From: a virus
Lineage: Duplodnaviria; Caudoviricetes
DNA: 42,790 bases
Reading direction: 5' to 3' (one strand)
Virus record (IMG/VR): IMGVR_UViG_3300048855_000179
Coordinates: 1 to 42,790 of that record
Part shown: in pieces, positions 19,445 to 27,324 of the stretch
How positions within the stretch are numbered: position 1 is the first letter of the stretch
Layout: each line of letters begins with the position of its first letter
Translations under genes and position numbers: made by a program
The notes under the pieces: model-generated
Told to the model about the DNA's origin: nothing
The model's database searches: none
Seen by the model: the letters and a program-made list of their open reading frames with translations, nothing else

Positions 19445-21022
19445 TCAGTCGAGGAACATGAGCTCCCGCGTCTCGTAGACGCTCACATCAGGTTCGGGAT
19501 TGGTCTTCAGGAGTCCGACCGCGCCGATGCACGCCATGAGGGGCGCTGCGTCGTGCGGGGAGTTGCGGCGGTCGATGACCCAGCCGTCACCGATGGGGCG
19601 AATCGCCGCCGAGTTCGCGGCCGCGTCCAGCGACGGCCAGAACCCGTGCGTGAACGGCACCGGCAGGTCCGTGTCCCGGTCGTCGGCGGTCGCCTTGCGG
19701 AGCAGGTCGTAGAACGTGCCGTGCCAGCCGGCGAGGTCCTGGCCCTCCCACTTCGCGACCTCGATGCCAGCGGCTTCGAAGTCGTCAGCGAGCGAGGTGA
19801 CCGGGGCGCCCTTGGTCTGGAACGTCACGAACTCGGGCTTGATGCGGCGCGCAGGGTCCAGCAGCCACGGGATGATCCAGTCCGTGCCGGCGCGCTCCAC
19901 CGCGATCTCTACACGGGCTCGGCCCTGCGCGTCCCAGAACGCGACAGCGACGTAGGCCATCTGCCGGTTGTGAGACACGTCGATGCCGTAGCAGGCAGGC
20001 CGTGACGTGTCGCGTTCGACCTGATGCTCGAGCGTCGCCGCCCACGACCCGTTCGGGAACGGGCCCACCGCGGCGAGGTTCACGAACTGGCACAGCACCT
20101 CGGTGCGGAACACCCACTCCGGGTCCGTCGCCGCAGCAGCCGAGATCGACTTCTCATCGATGGTGTGACCCAGCGACGGGTTCGCCTCAGACCAGCCGTC
20201 GCGATCCCACACGGTGCGGCCCGGTTTCGCGGACCACTCGAACAGGCCGAGCGACTCGTCAGCCCCCTCGGACTCGGGAGTCTCGGTGAGGACCGCCATG
20301 CCCTCGTCGCCGTCGGGGTAGCCGAGAGCGCGGTGGGCGATGGTCCGCAGGTGACGCAACACCACCGAGGCGATGTCGCCCGCGTTCGACGCGGCCCACA
20401 CCTGGGCCAGCGCGCGAGCCATGGTCGTCTTCGTGACCGCGCCCCACGCCTCCCAGTTCTGGTGCTCGCGGAGCTCGTCCAGAAGGACGAGGTCGCCGGA
20501 CAGGCCACGGCCACCACGACGCGACGCTGCAGCGACCTTGTACCGTTCGCCGGTCGTGAGGCGCAGCGCCTTCTTGCCGTTCACCTTCACAACCCCGCCG
20601 GGGGCGATCATGTCCGCAAGCTCGGGGATCGACTCAACGAGCTCGACAGCGCCGGCCCACTGCTCCTCAGCGACGTCGAGGTTCTGCGCGGTGCCGATCA
20701 CCAGGGGTGCGCCCTCGACGAACATGCGCCACAGCGACAGCACCTGCATCAGCGTCGACTTGCCGTTCTGGCGGGCGACGAGCAGCACCACGGTGCGGAA
20801 CCGGTACGTGCCGTTCTCGTTCAGCTCGAGAGCGTGGATCAGCAACCACTTCTGCCACGGCAGGAGATGCACCTCGAGGATCGCCTCGGCGAACTCGATG
20901 CACGCGAACCCTTTGGACGTCTCGGGAGTGAGCGGCCGAAGCGGAGGGGTGAAAACTCGGGGAGTCTCGCTACCCAGCCGCTTTAGTTGAGCGGAGCGCA
21001 GTGAGCTTGGCCTTTTTGCCAC
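19445..21022 (-). CDS. terL: Terminase large subunit
   Basis: VARQNGKS Walker A, LLDELRE Walker B, ANPSLG, GIDVS. Confidence 0.95.
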   Translation of the reverse strand: MAKRPSSLRSAQLKRLGSETPRVFTPPLRPLTPETSKGFACIEFAEAILEVHLLPWQKWLLIHALELNENGTYRFRTVVLLVARQNGKSTLMQVLSLWRMFVEGAPLVIGTAQNLDVAEEQWAGAVELVESIPELADMIAPGGVVKVNGKKALRLTTGERYKVAAASRRGGRGLSGDLVLLDELREHQNWEAWGAVTKTTMARALAQVWAASNAGDIASVVLRHLRTIAHRALGYPDGDEGMAVLTETPESEGADESLGLFEWSAKPGRTVWDRDGWSEANPSLGHTIDEKSISAAAATDPEWVFRTEVLCQFVNLAAVGPFPNGSWAATLEHQVERDTSRPACYGIDVSHNRQMAYVAVAFWDAQGRARVEIAVERAGTDWIIPWLLDPARRIKPEFVTFQTKGAPVTSLADDFEAAGIEVAKWEGQDLAGWHGTFYDLLRKATADDRDTDLPVPFTHGFWPSLDAAANSAAIRPIGDGWVIDRRNSPHDAAPLMACIGAVGLLKTNPEPDVSVYETRELMFLD

Positions 21023-21326
21023 TCTCGGCCTCCTGCTTCAACTGCAACGCCTTGCGCCCAGCAGGAGAGAGACCGAGCTGGTCGCAGTACTTCAGATACG
21101 CCGACAGCGACACGTTGTCGTTCTGCGGAACCGCCGGACGGGCCTTGCCCTCCGAGTCGGCGACATCATCGAGAGCCCAGTCCACGATCGTGTCCCACGC
21201 GTCGATCTTCCGAGCCAGCGCCAGAAGCGCCTGCACCGCGCCGGCATCCATCACCGTCAGATGCTCAGCCGAAGCCAAAGCCGTCAGCGTCGACGACTCC
21301 ACCGAGACCATGGGGTCAGCATCCAT
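20970..21326 (-). CDS. terS: Terminase small subunit
   Basis: LGLSPAGR motif; directly upstream of terL. Confidence 0.85.
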   Translation of the reverse strand: MDADPMVSVESSTLTALASAEHLTVMDAGAVQALLALARKIDAWDTIVDWALDDVADSEGKARPAVPQNDNVSLSAYLKYCDQLGLSPAGRKALQLKQEAESGKKAKLTALRSTKAAG

Positions 21327-21440
21327 TGGTCACTCCCTCGTGCGCGCGACCCCCGGTCAACACCCCGGGGGGAGAGAGGACACTGCCGGCGGAATGTCCC
21401 GTCCGTTCGGTTCCAGCGATTCAGACGCCCCTACCCCTTG
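21327..21440. other. Putative cos (packaging) region
   Basis: Non-coding gap before terS with GGGGTAGGGG, GGACA-TTCCGCCGGCAG-TGTCC inverted repeat and CTCTCTCCCC; an HNH gene nearby implies cos packaging. Confidence 0.5.
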
Positions 21441-21654
21441 CGAAGGTCGGCATGTGCCTCGGTGTCTTCGCGTGCTTGGGGAGATGCTTCCACCGGGCGA
21501 GTTCGGCAGGTCCTGCTGGTGTTGCCTCGACGGGCGGCCAGTTGTCTCGGCCTCGGTAGTCGGGGGCTATGTAGAGCGGGTGGCCGACTGACTCCCACGG
21601 GTGCTGCGGGTGGTAGCCGTCTGTGCCGTCGGCATCCAGTTCGCGTCCGCTCAC
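21421..21654 (-). CDS. Hypothetical protein
   Basis: 77-aa ORF in operon context. Confidence 0.45.
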   Translation of the reverse strand: MSGRELDADGTDGYHPQHPWESVGHPLYIAPDYRGRDNWPPVEATPAGPAELARWKHLPKHAKTPRHMPTFARGRGV

Positions 21655-21655
21655 T

Positions 21656-21799
21656 TCACACTCCGAGGAGTGCTCGGGTCATCCCGGTGATGAGTGCCAC
21701 GAGGGTGACGATCACGAGGGCGACGAGCAGGACGCCGATGACGGTGCCTGCTGCGTACCCGTTGCGGTAGGTCTTGGTGGTGCGGTCGATGCGTCGCAT
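21656..21799 (-). CDS. Small membrane protein
   Basis: 47 aa with one TM segment, read manually. Confidence 0.55.
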   Translation of the reverse strand: MRRIDRTTKTYRNGYAAGTVIGVLLVALVIVTLVALITGMTRALLGV

Positions 21800-21819
21800 G
21801 GTGGGAACCTGTGCTCTCG

Positions 21820-22048
21820 CTACTCGGGGGTGTCGGCGGTGGGTGCGGGTGCGGAGCCGTGCTTCTCCACCTGGGTGGGGCGGGTGACCGGACGCTTCAC
21901 GTCGTCGGCTTTCCAGTTCGCGTGCTTCGGGCCGACCGTGTAGGTGCCACCGGGGACGTCGATGTCGAGGATCTCGGTGTCTTCGGGGACGTCGTACTCG
22001 TTGCCGGTGAGGGGGCCGCCCTTGACGGTGATGCGCTTGGTGCCCATG
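21820..22048 (-). CDS. Hypothetical protein (MGTKRITVKGGP...)
   Basis: RBS AAAGGA, GGP motif; start approximate. Confidence 0.6.
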
Positions 22049-22100
22049 GTGGGTCCTTTCGAGGGGTGGAAGGTGGCGGCGGTCTTGTCGTTGGCGCCCA

Positions 22101-22385
22101 TCACCATGCCTCCGATGTGATGCCCGCGGTCACTCCTGCGCCGGCGGACTTGTGCCGGTTGCATTTGTGGTGGGTGGGGGCTGCGTTGCTTCTCTCGAAC
22201 TCGAGGTGCGGGTAGTGCTTCACCGCGTGGATGTGGTCGAGTTCGAAGGCGTTGGGGGTGTTCTTCTCGGCGGTCCAGTCGATGGGGAGTCCGCACTCAC
22301 GGCAGGGGGTGTTCTGGGCCATCCACACGGCTTTGAGTTCTTCGCGGAACTCTCTGCTGCGTCGGGTGGATGACCGGTCACCCAT
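22101..22385 (-). CDS. Packaging-associated HNH endonuclease
   Basis: CxxC, ELDH, HxxCN motifs; upstream of terminase. Confidence 0.9.
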   Translation of the reverse strand: MGDRSSTRRSREFREELKAVWMAQNTPCRECGLPIDWTAEKNTPNAFELDHIHAVKHYPHLEFERSNAAPTHHKCNRHKSAGAGVTAGITSEAW

Positions 22386-22493
22386 CAGCGTCGAGCGGGC
22401 CCGGGTCGGATGGTGAGAGTCGCAGCGAGTACAGGGCGACGAGCACGGCGAGCTTCAGCAGGGTGAGGCCGACGATGATCACGGGCAGGGGCC

Positions 22494-22628
22494 TCATGCG
22501 AACCTGCTCGTCGGCACCTCGTGGTCGGCGGTGAGTCCGCAGACCTTGCACCACGGGGGCTTGCCGTCGCGGTGCTGCACCGGGTTGTGGTCGTGGTCCG
22601 GTTCCGTGTCGGCGTGCCTACCGGCCAT
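22494..22628 (-). CDS. Small Zn-binding protein
   Basis: H...WCKVCG; RBS GAAGGAG. Confidence 0.55.
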   Translation of the reverse strand: MAGRHADTEPDHDHNPVQHRDGKPPWCKVCGLTADHEVPTSRFA

Positions 22629-22706
22629 GGCGTCTCCTTCGACGTGGTTGCCGTTCCGGTCACCGTGCCGCGGGTGAGGCGGGCTGGGCGAGGTACACGG
22701 CCGAGA

Positions 22707-22782
22707 TGGCAAAGGCGACAGGACTCGAACCTGCAACCTCCGGTTTTGGAGACCGGCGCTCTACCAGTTGAGCTACGCCAAT
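22707..22782 (-). tRNA. tRNA-Trp(CCA), phage-encoded
   Basis: 76-nt cloverleaf, anticodon loop CTCCAAA, TTCGAGT T-loop, G73, encoded CCA; two U-U pairs in the acceptor stem. Confidence 0.9.
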
Positions 22783-22834
22783 GTGTGGACCCGGCAGGCA
22801 TTCCGCACGTCTGCTGGCGCAAGGCCGGGTCTCG

Positions 22835-22895
22835 TTCCGGTGGCGGGACTCGAACCCGCGCGTGCTAACCGCTCTACCAACTGAGCTACACCGGA
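22835..22895 (-). ncRNA. tRNA-like RNA lacking the anticodon arm
   Basis: Perfect acceptor (TCCGGTG/CACCGGA), D arm (GCTC/GAGC) and T arm (GCGGG/CCCGC); only 11 nt between D and T arms. Confidence 0.85.
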
Positions 22896-22915
22896 ATTTG
22901 CATGTCTGGGTCGCT

Positions 22916-23107
22916 CTACTCGTCCTTGCCGAACGCTTTGTCGCGTGCGGTTCGAGCGACCCTGATGAGCCGGTTGAGTGTCGACCTGTCGACGTAGACG
23001 CCGTTGAGATACACACCCGGCATGTCGGTGCCCCACGTGATCGTGAGGCAGGGCTCGGATTCGTCGCCTTCGACAGCGGCTTCCGGCCAGAAGGTTTCCT
23101 TGGGCAT
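22916..23107 (-). CDS. Hypothetical protein
   Basis: RBS GGAGGA; C-terminal DRSTLNRLIR..R.ARDKAFG.DE. Confidence 0.7.
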   Translation of the reverse strand: MPKETFWPEAAVEGDESEPCLTITWGTDMPGVYLNGVYVDRSTLNRLIRVARTARDKAFGKDE

Positions 23108-23259
23108 TTGCTTCCTCCGTCACGGAGATACGCCATCACGGCGTCGCCCGGCATTGTGCCGGTACGAGGGTTCGCGGTCTCACACCCGGTGTCCGGATTC
23201 GGCCGTCCCCGATGGGGGTGGCGCTGTGTCGTGTGTGTGGGTGGGATCGCGAAGCTGGA

Positions 23260-23295
23260 ACGACGAAGGCCCCCACCGAAGTGAGGGCCTGTCGT
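23260..23295 (-). terminator. Terminator/attenuator just downstream of the late promoter
   Basis: AGGCCCTCAC-TTCG-GTGGGGGCCT hairpin, then TCGTCGTT. Confidence 0.7.
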
Positions 23296-23333
23296 GAAGT
23301 CTGGCTCCGGACAGACTGCTCCGAAGCTCTTCC

Positions 23334-23362
23334 AGCATATCGCAGAAGCGTTAAAGCCTCAA
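23334..23362 (-). promoter_or_regulatory. SigA-type late promoter
   Basis: TTGAGG-17 nt-TATGCT. Confidence 0.65.
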
Positions 23363-23377
23363 CAACGTTTCGGCGTG

Positions 23378-24013
23378 TCAGACCTCGGCCAGCTCCTCCC
23401 CGAGTTCTTCGATCGCAGCGAACGTGTCCCACGTGGTCCCGCACCCCTCAGCGCGGCAACGTGCCTTCGGTTCGATGCGGGCCCCGTCCTTCGGGATCTT
23501 GTACTCGACCAGGATGGGGTGGGAAAGTTCGTCGCCGTCCTGGTTCACCCATGTGCGGGACTTGCACACCGGGCAGTAGGCGACCTCGAACCGCTTCGGC
23601 TTGTCCAGGATCTCCCCGATGACGTGCCGCCACCGCCGCAACTCCGTGCGGTACCAGTCAGGGTCCGAGCCGGTGGCGTTGTAGGCCACGTACCAGGCGC
23701 GCAAGTCTGCCACCGGGTTGCGGGTGGGGCGAACTCCTACCATGCGGCACCAGTCCCCAACGGCGGAGCACATCTTGGCGTGCTCGAAGAGAGCGTCACC
23801 GTCGATGAGGTTTCGTGTCGAGGCCAGCGAAGTGGAGCCCGCCACCGACTCGGCACCCGGGGTGACCGCCGCGTATAGCTGGTCGAGGAGGGGCGGGTTC
23901 TGTGCGGAGTGCAGAGCGACGATCGCGCCGGCATCGGACTTCTGGGTGAAGTGCTCCACGACCGGTCTCGTGAGGGCATCGACCGCGGCGAGCAGGTCAT
24001 TCGGTTCGGTCAT
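23378..24013 (-). CDS. Putative late-gene regulator (Zn-ribbon)
   Basis: Last early gene before the late promoter; CPVC and CRAEGC. Confidence 0.6.
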   Translation of the reverse strand: MTEPNDLLAAVDALTRPVVEHFTQKSDAGAIVALHSAQNPPLLDQLYAAVTPGAESVAGSTSLASTRNLIDGDALFEHAKMCSAVGDWCRMVGVRPTRNPVADLRAWYVAYNATGSDPDWYRTELRRWRHVIGEILDKPKRFEVAYCPVCKSRTWVNQDGDELSHPILVEYKIPKDGARIEPKARCRAEGCGTTWDTFAAIEELGEELAEV

Positions 24014-24265
24014 CGGGTGGCCTCCTTCTGGTGGCAGGTGCAGGTGGTGTTGGCGCACCCGAACGGGGTCCAGCACCCTCGACGGCAGCAGTGCGGGATG
24101 GGTGCGGGGCGGGCGGTGATGGTGGGTGCGTAGTTCACTCGGTGCCCCCTCGGTGGCAGCTGCACGGGCACGGTGCGGGGACGTCGGCTGAGATGTCCCA
24201 TCCGGTGCCGTCGCAGTTCGAGTGCTTCCCCGCGAGGCAGTCGGGGTCGGTGGCGATGTTCGAGA

Positions 24266-24637
24266 TCATCCGGGCACCTCGCCCTCGAACAGAACCGGGT
24301 GAGACTCCCCAGGCGGCTCGCGGTCGACCGACCAGGTAAACCCGTCGTCGTACTGGGTCTCCCACGAGATCGGCACCGCGGCGAGTGTGAAGGGCTGCTC
24401 GAGCGAGTGCAGCTCCTCGACAGCCATGAGGGAGTCGAACCACGACTGCATCCAGCACTCGTCATGGCGGACGGGCGCGTGGTCTTCGCAGGCGTATCCG
24501 CAGTCGCAGTCTCGGTAGAAGTGGCAGTCCGCGGTGGGCGCGGCGGCGCAGTTGAACTTCGACGTGATCGTGTCCGATTCGAGAATGAATGTCACGGTGT
24601 GCGGGTTCGTCCCATCAGAACGGCGTGTCGTCTCCAT
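24266..24637 (-). CDS. Cys-rich hypothetical protein
   Basis: C..ADCH..CDC..C.W pattern. Confidence 0.55.
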   Translation of the reverse strand: METTRRSDGTNPHTVTFILESDTITSKFNCAAAPTADCHFYRDCDCGYACEDHAPVRHDECWMQSWFDSLMAVEELHSLEQPFTLAAVPISWETQYDDGFTWSVDREPPGESHPVLFEGEVPG

Positions 24638-25094
24638 AGCTGCCACCTCCCTGGCCCCACGTGTCGGTCGCGGCCGGCGCCTGGGTGGCCCACTGCTGCT
24701 CCTGCTGCGGTGCCGCCGACGAGCCGCCGGAGGTCGCCCGCGTCACCTGTGCGGTGGCGTAGCGGAGCGAGGGACCGATCTCGTCGACCTCGAGCTCGAT
24801 CGAGGTGCGCTTCTCGCCCTCTCTCGTCTCGTAGGAGCGCTGACGCAGGCGACCGGTCGCGACGACGCGGCTGCCCTTCGTGAGCGACCCGGCGACGTGC
24901 TCGGCGAACTCGCGCCAGACCGACGCGCGGAGGAACAGCGCTTCTCCGTCGACGTACTCGCCCTTGGTCTTGTCGAACGTGCGAGGCGTCGACGCGATCG
25001 TGAAGTTCGCGACCGCCAGCCCGGACTGGGTGTAGCGCAGTTCGGGGTCGGCGGTGAGGTTGCCGACGACGGTGATGATCGTCTCGCCAGCCAT
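24615..25094 (-). CDS. ssb: Single-stranded DNA-binding protein
   Basis: [20 protein letters not shown]; acidic DDTPF tail. Confidence 0.97.
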   Translation of the reverse strand: MAGETIITVVGNLTADPELRYTQSGLAVANFTIASTPRTFDKTKGEYVDGEALFLRASVWREFAEHVAGSLTKGSRVVATGRLRQRSYETREGEKRTSIELEVDEIGPSLRYATAQVTRATSGGSSAAPQQEQQWATQAPAATDTWGQGGGSYGDDTPF

Positions 25095-25585
25095 CAGGCA
25101 CCCACCTTCTGGCAGTCGGAGGCCTTCAGTTCGACCGTGCCAGCCTTGCCGAGGCGGTCGACGTCGATGTACCAGAGCGACCGCTTGCTCTTCTTGAAGA
25201 TGCGGAGGACGGTGCCGATGGTGCGGCCGTTCCAGTGCTTGACCCGGTCGCCCTTCTTGAAGCCGCCCATGTAGCCGTCGTAGGTGTCGGCTTCGATGGG
25301 CCCGTCGACCTTGTCGTAGGTTTCGGCGAAGATCTCGGGCTTGACCGGGTAGAACTCGCCCTGCACGCCGCGTATGACGACATCTCCGACGGAGGCCAGG
25401 TGGTCACCCTCGAGCGTCCGGATGGTGACCGTGGCTCCAATCGAGCCGCCGCCAGGGCCGCCTCGCATGATCGCCCTGTGTCCGCCCTCCGTGATCCAGC
25501 GCACGATGTCTGCGGCGTTGGTGTCGGTCAGGATCAGGCCCTCGATCTCGACGGGCTTCTTCCGGTACTTCGTTGCTTCGGTCAT
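25094..25585 (-). CDS. Phage protein of the RKKPV family with a C-terminal SH3/KOW-like segment
   Basis: [26 protein letters not shown]; FKKGDRV. Confidence 0.75.
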   Translation of the reverse strand: MTEATKYRKKPVEIEGLILTDTNAADIVRWITEGGHRAIMRGGPGGGSIGATVTIRTLEGDHLASVGDVVIRGVQGEFYPVKPEIFAETYDKVDGPIEADTYDGYMGGFKKGDRVKHWNGRTIGTVLRIFKKSKRSLWYIDVDRLGKAGTVELKASDCQKVGA

Positions 25586-25803
25586 GCTGCTGTTCTCTCT
25601 TCCTGGTTGGGGGTCTTCTTCTTGAGGGCCATCTGAAGTTCTGCGAGCCGGTTCGGGTCGCTGTCGAGGGTGTGCCAGATGCCGTCGGCGATGAGGTCGG
25701 CGATGGACACCTGGCGGTGTTCGGCGATGGTGGCGAGGCGGCCCCAGACGAAGTCGGGGAGCTTGACTGGCACGGTCACGAGTCGGGGTTCGGGCATGGT
25801 CAT
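25582..25803 (-). CDS. Ribbon-helix-helix-like protein
   Basis: VTVPVKLPD..W.RL..IA....SIADLI. Confidence 0.55.
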   Translation of the reverse strand: MTMPEPRLVTVPVKLPDFVWGRLATIAEHRQVSIADLIADGIWHTLDSDPNRLAELQMALKKKTPNQEERTAA

Positions 25804-26438
25804 GACGCCTCCTGGGCTTCTTCGGCGCAGCGTGAACAGTCCTTGGCGGGGAACCCGAAGTGTTGCGGGCACCAGAGTTCGCTCACGGGCGGCGGGGTGT
25901 GGGTGGGGGTGTTGCGCTTCTCCGCCTGGTGGGCGTCGTATGCGCGCCTCGCTGTCCCGCAGGGCCGGCATGGCTCGTCGGTGCCGTTGGGATGCTTCGG
26001 GCAGGTGGGGGTGGGGGCAACGCCCCCCTGGTGGTTCTCTGGTGGTTCTCTGGTGGTTCCTCTGCCACCGTGACCGGTAGGGGTGACGTTTCTGACCGGT
26101 AGGGATGGACTGTCTGCCTTGTAGGCAATCTGCCTAGTAGGCAATGTGTCCGGTAGGGATTCGGGCACGTTGACCGTCATCTGCAGGCGGTACCGGTCGC
26201 TCGTCCGGTGCCCGAACTGGTCCACTCGTCGCTGCCGAACGATCAGCCCGAGCCGCTCGAGCTTCACCAGGGCACGAGCCACGGTCCTCACCGACAGCCC
26301 GGTCATGTTGGCGATGCGCTCCTGGCCCGGGAAGCACGTCCCTGCCTCGTCGGCCATGTCGGCGAGAGCAACCAGCACCGGCTTCATCGGGGCGGCGAGG
26401 GCCATGTCGTACGCCCACCCGGTGGCCTTGTAACTCAT
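25800..26438 (-). CDS. Replication initiator (HTH, lambda O-like layout)
   Basis: LADMAD..G.CFPGQ..IA..TGLS.RTV wHTH; internal iterons; C-terminal Cys motifs. Confidence 0.85.
   Translation of the reverse strand: MSYKATGWAYDMALAAPMKPVLVALADMADEAGTCFPGQERIANMTGLSVRTVARALVKLERLGLIVRQRRVDQFGHRTSDRYRLQMTVNVPESLPDTLPTRQIAYKADSPSLPVRNVTPTGHGGRGTTREPPENHQGGVAPTPTCPKHPNGTDEPCRPCGTARRAYDAHQAEKRNTPTHTPPPVSELWCPQHFGFPAKDCSRCAEEAQEAS
26028..26158. repeat. Iteron cluster / probable phage origin inside the initiator gene
   Basis: CTGGTGGTTCT x3; TG(A/T)CCGGTAGGG x3; TCTGCCT(T/A)GTAGGCAAT x2. Confidence 0.7.
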
Positions 26439-26866
26439 CTCGCCTCCTCTCTGATTCCGAGCGACACGAGCAGCCGCAACGCCACCGCCTCGCTGATCGG
26501 GATGCGGTCGAAGCCCTCGAACATGAACCACTGCTCCCGGTTGTGGTCGTCGCGGCCGAGGACCGGCACGTTCTCGGGCCCGTACGCCGTGGCGTTCAGG
26601 GACACAGCCCATCCGAACGGCCGGGACTCCTTCTCGTGGTCCGTGACCCACCCGTGGCAGGACGTCATCGGGCACAGGGTGAGCAGGTTTTCGGGGTTGT
26701 TCGCGGGCCCACCCGCGGCTCTACCGCCGACTCCTCGAGCCCGCCGATGCTGGATGTTGTGGGTGCCGAGACCGACGCGGGCGCCGCACTTCTGGCAGCG
26801 GTACCCATCTCGGGCGAGGACACCGTTGCGGGTGGCCTGAGTCGGACCCGTCGACCGGGGGCTCAT
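26435..26866 (-). CDS. HNH-like endonuclease
   Basis: RDGYRCQKCG, QHRR, NLLTLC...CHGW. Confidence 0.8.
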   Translation of the reverse strand: MSPRSTGPTQATRNGVLARDGYRCQKCGARVGLGTHNIQHRRARGVGGRAAGGPANNPENLLTLCPMTSCHGWVTDHEKESRPFGWAVSLNATAYGPENVPVLGRDDHNREQWFMFEGFDRIPISEAVALRLLVSLGIREEAR

Positions 26867-27324
26867 GCGTACACCTCGGCTCCCCAAAGGGTCCGAGCTA
26901 CGCCATCGACGCCGCGGTCTTCACGCGGCCGGGAGGGAGTGTTCCAGCCCTTGCGGGCGGGGCGCTCGGCGAGCACGCGGTAGCCGGCGGCACGGAGTGA
27001 TGCCCCGGACTCACCCTCCTGCGTGTAGGTGATGAGTCGGCGGTAGCCGAGCGCGAACGTGGCCCGGCGTGCGGCACCGTAGAGCATGCTGTTCGCGTTC
27101 GGGGTGCCGTCCGTTGCCGATCGGGTGACCTCGAGAGTGTCACCGCGAGCAGCTGTTGCGGGGGCGACGGGTCGGCTGACGATGATGACGCCACGGAGGA
27201 TGCCGCCATCGTCGGCGACGCCGATGCTGAACTTGTGGCCGACTGGCGGTCTGTGGTGGCGGTGGAGTTCTGCGACCACCTGGCAGGCTGTGTCGAACGA
27301 CACTGGGACGAGTTCGAGTGTCAT
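26863..27324 (-). CDS. XF1762-family (Mom-like GNAT) protein
   Basis: HRHH.PP.GHKFS, RPVA, LEVTR, NANSMLYGA, ITYT...ESGASLRAAG. Confidence 0.8.
   Translation of the reverse strand: MTLELVPVSFDTACQVVAELHRHHRPPVGHKFSIGVADDGGILRGVIIVSRPVAPATAARGDTLEVTRSATDGTPNANSMLYGAARRATFALGYRRLITYTQEGESGASLRAAGYRVLAERPARKGWNTPSRPREDRGVDGVARTLWGAEVYA

Noticed and set aside
22640-22703. Possible HDV-like/theta ribozyme 3' of tRNA-Trp
   Set aside because: P1 (GCCGTGT/GCACGGT), P3, P1.1 and a short P4 followed by CAA can be drawn, but no P2 pairing exists and L3 lacks the conserved U/G
22835-22895. YrlA/Y RNA or tmRNA identity for the tRNA-like element
   Set aside because: Not circularly permuted, no Ro60 gene in the window, no G3-U70 pair and no tag reading frame
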